Shown piece by piece: positions 15,736 to 23,978 of a DNA stretch of 63,736 nt (the stretch's first letter is position 1; each line of letters opens with the position of its first letter). This DNA comes from Verrucomicrobiales bacterium (GTDB lineage Bacteria > Verrucomicrobiota > Verrucomicrobiia > Limisphaerales > J093). The position numbers and the translations under genes were made by a program. The notes under the pieces were generated by a model, which searched no databases, was not told where the DNA came from, and saw only the letters and a program-made list of their open reading frames with translations. The DNA is taken from contig JBBIJZ010000004.1 in NCBI GenBank assembly GCA_037445715.1, positions 18,194 through 81,929 of the forward strand, written 5' to 3'.

Positions 15736-17208
15736 TCAGCGTGGGGCCGCGGAAATCGGCGTGGTCCGGGCGGGGAACACCTTGTCCACCACGCCGGTTT
15801 TGATCTTGAGGGCCGCGCCGACCACCGACAGGGCCAGGGCCACGACCAGGACGGCGTTGAACGCCGCGCGGCGCCAGCCCCGGCCCACCGCCTCGCCCAG
15901 GTAGCTGCGTTTGTTCTGCAGGATCAGGAACGCCAGATAGGCGATCGGCAACATGGTGAACGCGAGCGCCGAGGCCAGCACCGGCAGCCACAGCGGGTTG
16001 GGCACCAGCACCCCCAACAGGCCGATCCCCGGGGTGAGCGTAAAGAGCCGGTAGCGCGCCGGCGTGTACTCGAGGCCGAACATCTCGCACACCGTGAACC
16101 CGCAACACACCATGTGCGCGCTGATGGCCCCGCAGGCCATGCCGATGAACCCCAGGTCAAACACCACCCGCCCCAGCGCACTCCCCAGCAACCCGCTCAG
16201 ACTTTGCGCGGCCTGCACCGGCTTGAGATTCGCCGGGGTCACCTCCGGCCCGAGCACCGTGCCGTAGGGCGGTTGATGCACCGTCGCCGCCAGGCCCACG
16301 ATGATCAGCGAGGTCAACATTACGTACGGCACAAACAGCGAAAGGCCCAGGTCGAACCGCGCCAGGCCCTTGTGCGCCGGTCCCCAGCCCCGGGCCAGGA
16401 GCGAGTAGGGGTACAAAAAGGTCATGTTGATGCCCACCGCCGCGCCAATCGCCCCCAGCACCGTCGTCAACGCCCCCGGCTGCTCGGGAATCCGGAAGGT
16501 GAAAAATCCCCTGAAGACCGCGCCCGGGTCCAACCGGCCCCGGGCCAGTTGCATCAGCACGACCACCAGGAAGGCCAGCATCGTCAGCCGGATCATCCAG
16601 CGCAGCGCCGTTTCGTAGAGCCGGATGCCCGCGGGCTTCGCGCCGTAGTTCCAGGTCAGGACGAGGTTGATGGCCAGGATGGCCAGTCCGCCCCCCAGCC
16701 GCACCGCGGTTTCCACCGCCCGCGACCCCGGGACGTTGGGCACGCCGGCCACGTTGGCCAGGTCCCACACCGCCCCGCCCAGCAGCGCGTACTGGCCGAA
16801 ATGCCAGATCACCGTGGCCACCACCGTGGCCAGGGCCCAGAGCAACGCCAAGGCCGGGTGCAACTCGCGCTGGAAAATGCGATAGGCCCGCTCACCGCGG
16901 GTCAAGGTGATGTTCGCCAGCGCCGCCAGCATGAACACCCCCAGAAACATCGCCACCGGCTGGACCCAAAGCAGCGTGTACCCGTAAAACGCCCCGGCCA
17001 CGACCGACGCCGCGGCGCTGCCCGCCCCCAGCGTCATGGCGCTTTGCAGCCAGGCCGGACCGGTCAACCGGTAATAGCCGCGCAGCCGCTCGGGCCACGG
17101 GCGCACCTCGAGCCGGCGCAGGTATTCGGTCTCTCGCCGGAGTTTCTCCGGGTCCCAGCGGCTGGTCATGGGCAGCCCGGCCGGGGCGGGCGCGGACGCG
17201 GTGGACAT
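15736..17208 (-). CDS. Nramp (SLC11)-fold transporter, divergent: canonical metal-site residues absent
   Basis: GPAWLQSAMTLGAGSAAASVVAGAFYGYTLLWV aligns with my recollection of E. coli MntH ([33 protein letters not shown]). There are 11-12 hydrophobic helices. The start is uncertain (ATG at 17208, 17169 or 17337). The stop lies 1 nt from the stop of the convergent cupin gene. Confidence 0.75.
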   Translation of the reverse strand: MSTASAPAPAGLPMTSRWDPEKLRRETEYLRRLEVRPWPERLRGYYRLTGPAWLQSAMTLGAGSAAASVVAGAFYGYTLLWVQPVAMFLGVFMLAALANITLTRGERAYRIFQRELHPALALLWALATVVATVIWHFGQYALLGGAVWDLANVAGVPNVPGSRAVETAVRLGGGLAILAINLVLTWNYGAKPAGIRLYETALRWMIRLTMLAFLVVVLMQLARGRLDPGAVFRGFFTFRIPEQPGALTTVLGAIGAAVGINMTFLYPYSLLARGWGPAHKGLARFDLGLSLFVPYVMLTSLIIVGLAATVHQPPYGTVLGPEVTPANLKPVQAAQSLSGLLGSALGRVVFDLGFIGMACGAISAHMVCCGFTVCEMFGLEYTPARYRLFTLTPGIGLLGVLVPNPLWLPVLASALAFTMLPIAYLAFLILQNKRSYLGEAVGRGWRRAAFNAVLVVALALSVVGAALKIKTGVVDKVFPARTTPISAAPR

Positions 17209-17668
17209 GACGCCAGTCTCCAAACCGGGCCCCGCGCCAACAAGCCCAAAGGCCGGCGCCGGCTGTGCCCGGGCCCGTCCCGGTATTTGCCGGCGGGGGC
17301 GGTCCGGGTCGGCAGGGACAGGCGGCACACTGGTCATCAGCCCGGTTTGCCCGCGCGGCGGTCCGGCTGAGCCCCGGCCGGGCGATTTGGTCGGAGCGCG
17401 CCCGCTTAGGCGGCCATCAACCGCACCAGCCCGACCCGCTCCTGGCGTGGCAGTCTCCGGGCGAAGGGCGATGCGCCGTCCAGGGCGAATGGAGGGTCAA
17501 CCGATTTTCCGGACGGCGACACGGCGCCGACCCCGCGCCAGGCAGGGATCGCCTTACGCGGCGGCAGAACGGGCGAGCTCTTGAAAAATTTGAAGGCACG
17601 GCGTAGCGGTAAAAAGAGACCTGCTTGGGCATCGCGACGATGACGCGACAGCGTTCCGGACACGTCCG

Positions 17669-18772
17669 ATGAAACCGGCACGAGGAGTCAGCCCAAAGTT
17701 CCCCGGCATAAAGTGTGTCGCTCCCCCGGCTCATGGCTCTGCCGGGACAGCCCGGTGTCGAAGGCGGTTTTCGGGTTGGCTGGGGGCGGCGCTTCTTCTG
17801 TTGGGGGGCGGCGTTTCCTGGCCCGGCCGGGCGGCGGAATTCGGCATCACGGGTATGGTGGAGGCGGGGCTGAAAACCCCGCGCTGGATTTCAACCAACC
17901 TGACCGCTTACGCCGACCAGATGGAGCACACGGGCCTCCACGGGGAGTTGTCCGTAGCGCGGTATCTGGCCGACCTGACGAGTGGTCGGCTGGGGACTTA
18001 TGTTCGCGGGTACAAACCGCCCGTGGACTTTGCGAACCCGCAAGGGGCGGGGGGACAAGCCCAGGTGAACTGCTGGGATACGCTCCGTTTCACCGTCCCG
18101 GCGGGACAGTATCCCAGCGGCCTGGTGGCCACTTTGCGGGGTCGCTTGACTGGCAACCTGATGGCGGTGGGACACGGGGAGGACGGTGACAGCTCTGCCG
18201 GTCTTTATGCGCTGGTGGTTTTTCAGGGAGCAGGAAGTCCGCCCGGCTCCGATCACCGCTGGGTTTACAACGTTGGGGTGGGGCCGGACGTATCGCCGCG
18301 CGTTCTATCCGAAGCCTTTGTCGTGAGCACCTGGTTGGCGATGCCCGGCGACAACTACATCCTCCCGCGCACGACTCAGGTTTCGTTTGCGGCCCGCCTG
18401 GAGGGATCGGCCTCGGCAGTAGGATGGACCGCTCCGGGACAGGGCGCGGAGGCAGTCTCCGACTTTGGCGGCAGCGTCCAGCTCCTGGCGGTGGAGTCCC
18501 CGCCGGGGGTCACCTGGACCTCGGATTCGGGCGTGTTTCTGGCGGGGTCCCCCGGACCGGCGCCGCGGCTGACGGTGCGGCTTGTGGCCCCGCACCTCCT
18601 GGAATTGGCCTGGTCCACCAACTGGCCGGACTGCACGCTGGAATGGACCCCGCAACTGTCCGCACCGACCTGGGCGCCGGTGACCAATGCCGTGAGTGTC
18701 CAGAGCGACCGGTACACGGTGACCCTTCCGACGGCGCTCCCCGCATGTTTCTTCCGCCTGCGGGAGCCGTGA
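17669..18772 (+). CDS. secreted hypothetical protein with C-terminal FFRL module
   Basis: ATG at 17669. It has a signal-like WLGAALLLLGGGVSWPGRAAE and no recognisable catalytic motif. The last ~71 aa resemble the C-termini of the proteins ending at 11637 and 44770. Confidence 0.6.
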   Translation: MKPARGVSPKFPGIKCVAPPAHGSAGTARCRRRFSGWLGAALLLLGGGVSWPGRAAEFGITGMVEAGLKTPRWISTNLTAYADQMEHTGLHGELSVARYLADLTSGRLGTYVRGYKPPVDFANPQGAGGQAQVNCWDTLRFTVPAGQYPSGLVATLRGRLTGNLMAVGHGEDGDSSAGLYALVVFQGAGSPPGSDHRWVYNVGVGPDVSPRVLSEAFVVSTWLAMPGDNYILPRTTQVSFAARLEGSASAVGWTAPGQGAEAVSDFGGSVQLLAVESPPGVTWTSDSGVFLAGSPGPAPRLTVRLVAPHLLELAWSTNWPDCTLEWTPQLSAPTWAPVTNAVSVQSDRYTVTLPTALPACFFRLREP

Positions 18773-18822
18773 AACGCGGCCCAGAGGCTCAGGCTGATTT
18801 GGGCCTGTTCAGCGCCGCGGCG

Positions 18823-18852
18823 TAAAACCCAGACCGATCCGGCGGATCGGTC
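18823..18852 (-). terminator. putative intrinsic terminator downstream of aroC
   Basis: The minus strand reads GACCGATCC-GCC-GGATCGGTC (9-bp perfect stem) followed by TGGGTTTTA. It sits between convergent genes (18772 and 18870). The U-tract is short. Confidence 0.4.
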
Positions 18853-18869
18853 GGATCAATTCCCCCGCC

Positions 18870-19949
18870 TCATTCGCACTGCGCGTGATGGCGCAGGGCG
18901 TGGTCGGCCAGCACCAGCGCGGTCATGGCCTCGACCAGCGGCACGGCGCGCGGCAACACGCAGGGGTCGTGTCGGCCGCGGGCCTTGAGGGTGGTGTTCT
19001 GGTAGTGCACGTCCACGGTCTCCTGCTCGTGCAGGACCGTGGCCACGGGTTTGAAGGCGACGCGGAAGTAGATGGTTTCGCCGTTGCTGATGCCGCCCTG
19101 GATGCCGCCGCTGCGGTTGGTCAGGGTGCGCACGCGCCCGCCCACGTTGCGGAAGGCGTCGTTGTGCTCGCGGCCGGTGAGGTGCACGCCGGCGAAGCCG
19201 GAGCCGAGGTCAAAGCCCCTGGCGGCGGGCAGGCTGAGCATGGCCCTGGCAAGGTCGGCCTCGAGCCGGTCGAAGACCGGTTCGCCCCAGCCGGCGGGCA
19301 CGCCGCGGGCCACACCCAGGATGATGCCGCCGACCGAGTCGCCCTCGGCGCGGCGTTGCTCGATGCGCCGGATCATTTGCTCGGCCAGGGCCGGGTCCGG
19401 GCAGCGCACCGGGTTGGCCTCGATTTGGGCGAAGGTGACTTTTTCCGGGTCCACCGTGGCGCACAGGTCCTGCACCTGGATGACGCAGGCCAGGATTTCC
19501 ACGCCCCAGCGGGTGCGCAGGAGTTTCTTGGCGATGGCGCCGGCGGCGACGCGGCCCACGGTCTCGCGCGCGCTGCTGCGCCCCCCGCCGGGCCAGGCGC
19601 GAATGCCGTACTTGGCGTGGTAGGTGTAGTCGGCGTGGGAGGGGCGGAACTTGGTGGCCATCTCGGTGTAGGCCTCGGGGCGGGCGTCCTCGTTTTTGAC
19701 CCACAGCGCGATGGGGGTGCCGAGGGTCAGGCCCTCGAAGGTGCCGGAGAGAATCTGCACCGTGTCGCTTTCCTTGCGGGGGGAAACGATCCGGGACTGG
19801 CCCGGCCGGCGCCGCTCCAGGTCCGGCTGGATGTCCGCCTCGGTCAGGGGCAGGCGGGGCGGGCAACCGTCCACCACCGCACCGATGCCCGGGCCGTGGG
19901 ATTCGCCCCAGGTGGTGACGCGAAAGAGGTGGCCGAACGTGTTCGCCAT
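18870..19949 (-). CDS. aroC: chorismate synthase
   Basis: [31 protein letters not shown]..., [16 protein letters not shown] and GGISNG are signature AroC motifs. The start is ATG 19949, not the extended ORF start. Confidence 0.95.
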   Translation of the reverse strand: MANTFGHLFRVTTWGESHGPGIGAVVDGCPPRLPLTEADIQPDLERRRPGQSRIVSPRKESDTVQILSGTFEGLTLGTPIALWVKNEDARPEAYTEMATKFRPSHADYTYHAKYGIRAWPGGGRSSARETVGRVAAGAIAKKLLRTRWGVEILACVIQVQDLCATVDPEKVTFAQIEANPVRCPDPALAEQMIRRIEQRRAEGDSVGGIILGVARGVPAGWGEPVFDRLEADLARAMLSLPAARGFDLGSGFAGVHLTGREHNDAFRNVGGRVRTLTNRSGGIQGGISNGETIYFRVAFKPVATVLHEQETVDVHYQNTTLKARGRHDPCVLPRAVPLVEAMTALVLADHALRHHAQCE

Positions 19950-20130
19950 GCGGGCAGGGTGCGCGAAAGGACAGGACAGGTCAAACCTGCGCGCCCGCGC
20001 CGTGGGAGGAGCCATCGCGGTGTTCCGCCGGTCCGGGATGGACCGCTTCCCGCCCGGGGGCCGGCGAAGGCGGGTTGACGCGCGGGCTTTCCCGCGCCGG
20101 CGGCTGTGTTAGGTTGCCGGGCACGCAGCG

Positions 20131-21288
20131 ATGAAGTGGTCCTGGCGCATCGGTCGGGTGGCGGGCATTGACCTGTATGTCCATGCCGCGTTTCTGCTGT
20201 TGCTGGCGTATGTGGCGCACCTGGCCTACCAGTCGCGCCGCTCCTGGGTGGATGCTTTCGGGGCGGTGCTCCTGGTCGCGGCGTTCTTTGGCGTGGTGGT
20301 CCTGCACGAACTGGGGCACTGCCTGACGGCGCGCCGGTTCGGCATTCCGACCCGGGACATCACGCTGCTGCCCATTGGCGGTGTGGCGCGGCTGGAGCGG
20401 CTGCCGGACCGGCCGTGGCAGGAACTGGTGATCGCCCTGGCCGGGCCGGCGGTGAACGTGGGGATCGGCGTGGTCCTGTATGCCCTGCTGCGCGCACCGG
20501 CGCCGGGTCAATTGCTGGTCGGGGTGCGCCTGGTGGGGGGCGATTTGCTGGTGAACCTTTTTCACGCGAACGCCCTGATGGCCGTGTTCAACCTGGCGCC
20601 GGCGTTTCCCATGGACGGCGGCCGGGTGTTGCGCGCGCTGCTGGCGTTGCGGCAGGACTACGCGCGGGCCACCGACCAGGCGGCCACGGTGGGGCAGGCG
20701 CTGGCCTGGGCCTGCGGGGCGGTGGCGCTCTTCAAGCAGAACTGGTGGCTGCTCCTGATTGCGGTGTTTGTGGCGCTGGGGGCGGAGGCGGAGGCCGGGT
20801 TTGTCCGCACGCGCGCCGCGCTGGCCCGCGTGCAGGTGGGCGATCTGATGATCCGCGAGTTTCGCACGCTGGGGCCGGACGAGCCCCTGAGCCGGGCGGT
20901 GGCGCTGGCGGTGGCGGGCTTTCAGCAGGATTTTCCGGTGGTGGAGGGGGACCGGGTGGTGGGCGTGCTGACCCGGCGGCGGCTGCTGGCGGGGCTGGCC
21001 CGGGGAGACGACGGCGCGCCGGTGCGCGAATTCATGCTGCGGGACTTCCGCACCGCCCGGGTCTGGGAATCCGCCGGGGAGGCGTTCCAGCGGCTGCAAG
21101 ACTGCGAGTGTCCCGCGATGCCGGTGCTCGCCGAGGACCGGCCGGTGGGAATGCTCACCGCCGAGCAACTGGGCGAACACCTGCTGGTGCGCCAGTTCCG
21201 GAGCACGCCGCCCCCGGGCCCGCCCGCGGGCCGAGACGCCGCTTCGGTTTGCGCGCCAGGCCCGGACGCGCCATCCTCCGGCGCATGA
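20131..21288 (+). CDS. site-2 protease family (M50) zinc metalloprotease with C-terminal CBS pair
   Basis: HELGHCLTARRFG (HExxH) lies in a TM helix, with a downstream FNLAPAFPMDGGRV (LDG-like) motif. Two CBS-like repeats occupy the C-terminal third. Confidence 0.9.
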   Translation: MKWSWRIGRVAGIDLYVHAAFLLLLAYVAHLAYQSRRSWVDAFGAVLLVAAFFGVVVLHELGHCLTARRFGIPTRDITLLPIGGVARLERLPDRPWQELVIALAGPAVNVGIGVVLYALLRAPAPGQLLVGVRLVGGDLLVNLFHANALMAVFNLAPAFPMDGGRVLRALLALRQDYARATDQAATVGQALAWACGAVALFKQNWWLLLIAVFVALGAEAEAGFVRTRAALARVQVGDLMIREFRTLGPDEPLSRAVALAVAGFQQDFPVVEGDRVVGVLTRRRLLAGLARGDDGAPVREFMLRDFRTARVWESAGEAFQRLQDCECPAMPVLAEDRPVGMLTAEQLGEHLLVRQFRSTPPPGPPAGRDAASVCAPGPDAPSSGA

Positions 21289-21728
21289 ACGAGTCCGCCT
21301 GCGAGTTTCCCCGGCAGAACGCCACGACCGAGGAGGTGCGCCAGATTCTGGCCACGGCCCGCACCGTGGCGGTGGTGGGGTTGTCCGACAAACCCGAACG
21401 GGACAGCCACCGGGTGGCGGCGTACCTGCAACAGGCCGGTTACCGTGTGATCCCGGTCAATCCGAACCTGACCGCCGTGCTGGGCGAAAAGGCCCATCCC
21501 CACCTGCGCGCCGTGCCCGAGCGCGTGGACGTGGTGGACATCTTCCGCAAGCCCGAGGCCGTTCCGGAAATCGTCGAGGACGCCATCGCCATCGGCGCCC
21601 GCGCGGTGTGGATGCAGGACGGCATCGTCCACAACGCCGCGGCGGAGCGCGCCCGCGCGGCCGGGCTGGTGGTGGTGATGAACAAGTGCCTGATGCGCGA
21701 GCACCGCGCCTGGCGGGCCGGGTCCTGA
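21285..21728 (+). CDS. CoA-binding domain protein (YccU/YneT-like)
   Basis: The start overlaps the upstream stop as ATGA (21285..21288). TVAVVGLSDKPERDSHRVAAYLQQAGYRVIPVNP is a typical CoA_binding_2 N-terminus. Confidence 0.85.
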   Translation: MNESACEFPRQNATTEEVRQILATARTVAVVGLSDKPERDSHRVAAYLQQAGYRVIPVNPNLTAVLGEKAHPHLRAVPERVDVVDIFRKPEAVPEIVEDAIAIGARAVWMQDGIVHNAAAERARAAGLVVVMNKCLMREHRAWRAGS

Positions 21729-21946
21729 CAAGGCGCCCGCCGGCTGCAGCCCCCGCCGACGCGCTCGTCCAACGGGCCGCGTTCCGGCGCACCGACTGAA
21801 ACTTCGCGGCGCCCGCCCGTGTAACCCACCCCGGTGACGCGGCCACGGGCGGGCCGACCCGCGGTACGGCCGCGCCGCCCGCCGCCCGGGTCGCCGGAGC
21901 TTTGTTTGACGCCCACGCACAAATCACCCAAGCTCGCCCGCAGCAC

Positions 21947-23452
21947 ATGAACGCCACGCGTTTTGCCGTCGTTGCTTCCGCGATTGTTCTCCACCTCCTG
22001 GCCCCGCCGACCCGGGCCGGGGAGACCCGTTCCGTGACGCTGGAGGACTGCCTCCAGATGGCGCTGGAAAAGAACCTGGACATCCGCATCCAGCGGCTGG
22101 CGCCGGAGATTGCCCGGGCCACGCTCAGCGGCTCGTACGGCGCGTACGAACCGACCTTCAGCGCCGGCGCCTCGTACCGCTCGGTGTCCCAGCCCGGCGG
22201 CGTGGACGCGCAGAACCGGCCCTTCGGCCAGGCGCTGAGCAAGACCGAGTCCATCAACGCCGGCATCAGCGGCCTGTTGCCCCTGGGCACCCGCTACGAC
22301 CTGACGCTGGGGTACAACGACGTGTTTGGCTCGCGCGATCTGGGCGGGTTTCCCCTGGACTTCGAGAACACCGCCGGCGGTTTCCGGCTCAGCTTCACCC
22401 AGCCCCTGCTGCGGAATTTCTGGGTGGACGGGCCCCGGCTGAACATTCAACTGAACCGCAAAAACCTGACCATTTCCGAGCTGACCCTGCGCCAGCAGAT
22501 CATCGCCACCGTCACCGCCGTCGAGCTGGCCTACCTCGAGGTCATCGCCGCCCGCGAGACCATCGCCGTCTCCGAAGTGGCCCTCCAACTGGCCGAGCAA
22601 CTCCTGCGCGAAAACCAGAAGCGCGTCGAGGTGGGCGTGCTGGCGCCGCTGGATGAAAAGGAGGCCCAGTCCCAGGTCGCCGCCAGCCGCGCCTCGCTCC
22701 TGGGCGCCCAAAACAACCTCAGCATCCAGCTCAACCGCCTCAAGAGCCTGCTGGGCGACCAGTTCGTCAGTTGGCACGATACCGAACTGGTCCCCGCCGA
22801 GCCGCTGCGGGCCGAGCCGATGACCTTCAGCCTCCAGGACAGTTGGTCCAAGGCGCTGACCCTGCGGCCGGACCTCCAGCAGGCCAAGCTCGACCTCGAA
22901 CGCCGCCAGATCACCCTCAAGTACCAGAAAAACCAGCTCTTCCCCCAACTGGACCTCGTCGGCTCCTACGGCCAGGGCGGCAGCGGACGCGAGTTCAGCG
23001 ACGCCTTCACCGTCACCCGCGACGGCAGCTACCCCGAGTACTCCTTCGGCGTGGTGTTGAGCGTGCCGCTGGGGGGCAACCGCCGGGCGCGCAGCGACGT
23101 GCGCGCCACCCAGGCCCAGATCGAGCAGGCCCTGCTCGGCCTCAAAAAGCTCGAACAGGACATCCTGGTCCAGGTCAGCGACGGCATCGCCCAGGCGCGC
23201 ACCAGCTTCCAGCAGGTCCGGGCCACCGAGGAGGCCGCCGCCTACGCGCTGGAAGCGTTGCGGGCCGAGGAGAAAAAGCTCGAAAACGGCAAGAGCACCA
23301 GCTTCCAGGTCCTCCAGCTCCAGCGCATCCTCACCGAGCGGCGCTTCGCCAACATCCGGGCCCGCGTGGATTACAACGCCGCGCTGGCCCGGCTGGCCCA
23401 GAGCGAGGGCTCGACCCTCGAACGGCGCCGCATCAACCTCGAGATTCACTGA
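21947..23452 (+). CDS. TolC-family outer-membrane efflux protein
   Basis: Signal peptide MNATRFAVVASAIVLHLLAPPTRAGE. It has the two-repeat OEP architecture with a typical opening (LEDCLQMALEKNLDIRIQRL) and a second repeat (LTLRPDLQQAKLDLERRQITLKYQKNQLFPQLDLVGSYG). Confidence 0.85.
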   Translation: MNATRFAVVASAIVLHLLAPPTRAGETRSVTLEDCLQMALEKNLDIRIQRLAPEIARATLSGSYGAYEPTFSAGASYRSVSQPGGVDAQNRPFGQALSKTESINAGISGLLPLGTRYDLTLGYNDVFGSRDLGGFPLDFENTAGGFRLSFTQPLLRNFWVDGPRLNIQLNRKNLTISELTLRQQIIATVTAVELAYLEVIAARETIAVSEVALQLAEQLLRENQKRVEVGVLAPLDEKEAQSQVAASRASLLGAQNNLSIQLNRLKSLLGDQFVSWHDTELVPAEPLRAEPMTFSLQDSWSKALTLRPDLQQAKLDLERRQITLKYQKNQLFPQLDLVGSYGQGGSGREFSDAFTVTRDGSYPEYSFGVVLSVPLGGNRRARSDVRATQAQIEQALLGLKKLEQDILVQVSDGIAQARTSFQQVRATEEAAAYALEALRAEEKKLENGKSTSFQVLQLQRILTERRFANIRARVDYNAALARLAQSEGSTLERRRINLEIH

Positions 23453-23945
23453 GGTCGGCTCCGGCGTCGCTCCCCGCCGCGGCGCCCGGTAGCGCGCTCA
23501 GGTCGCCCACGAAATCCGCCAACAGGGCCGCCCGCGCCGCCGCCGGCAGGGGCATGTATTTGCCCGTGGCCTCGGCGTACAGTGTGCCGGCCGCGTCCCG
23601 CAATTCCGCGCGCGCCAGCAGCAGCCGCGGGCGGGGGCGGCCGGTCATTTCGCCGCGCACCACCAGTTCCGCCCCGGGCGGTACCGGCCGGCGGTAGCGC
23701 ACGGTCAACTCCGCGCTGTAGGTGAAGTCGCCGGTGCGCACGCCAATGGCCCAGACCATCGCCTCGTCCAGCACCGTGGCCAGCAGGCCGCCGTGGACGG
23801 CGTCCTTGAACCCCGCGTGCTCGGGCCGCGGTCGGTACCGGGCGGTGACGGCGGCGCCGTCCCGGGTGAAGCCCAGGTTCAGGCCGAGGGGATTGGCCAC
23901 GCCGCAAACAAAACAGGACCGGGTGCGGGGCAGGACCTTTTCCAT
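23433..23945 (-). CDS. PaaI-family hotdog-fold thioesterase
   Basis: CFVCG...NPLGLNL followed by VHGGLLATVLDEAM is characteristic of PaaI/4HBT thioesterases. The 3' end overlaps the convergent TolC-like gene by 20 nt. Confidence 0.8.
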   Translation of the reverse strand: MEKVLPRTRSCFVCGVANPLGLNLGFTRDGAAVTARYRPRPEHAGFKDAVHGGLLATVLDEAMVWAIGVRTGDFTYSAELTVRYRRPVPPGAELVVRGEMTGRPRPRLLLARAELRDAAGTLYAEATGKYMPLPAAARAALLADFVGDLSALPGAAAGSDAGADLSESRG

Positions 23946-23978
23946 GCGCCCACCTTAGGCCACCGGCCGCGGCTGGCA

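Noticed and set aside
21811-21854. 11-bp perfect GC stem (GCCCGCCCGTG...CACGGGCGGGC) with a 22-nt loop downstream of the CoA-binding protein gene
   Set aside because: It has no U-tract on either strand. GC-rich stems of this length are not rare in this composition. I noted it but did not call it a terminator.
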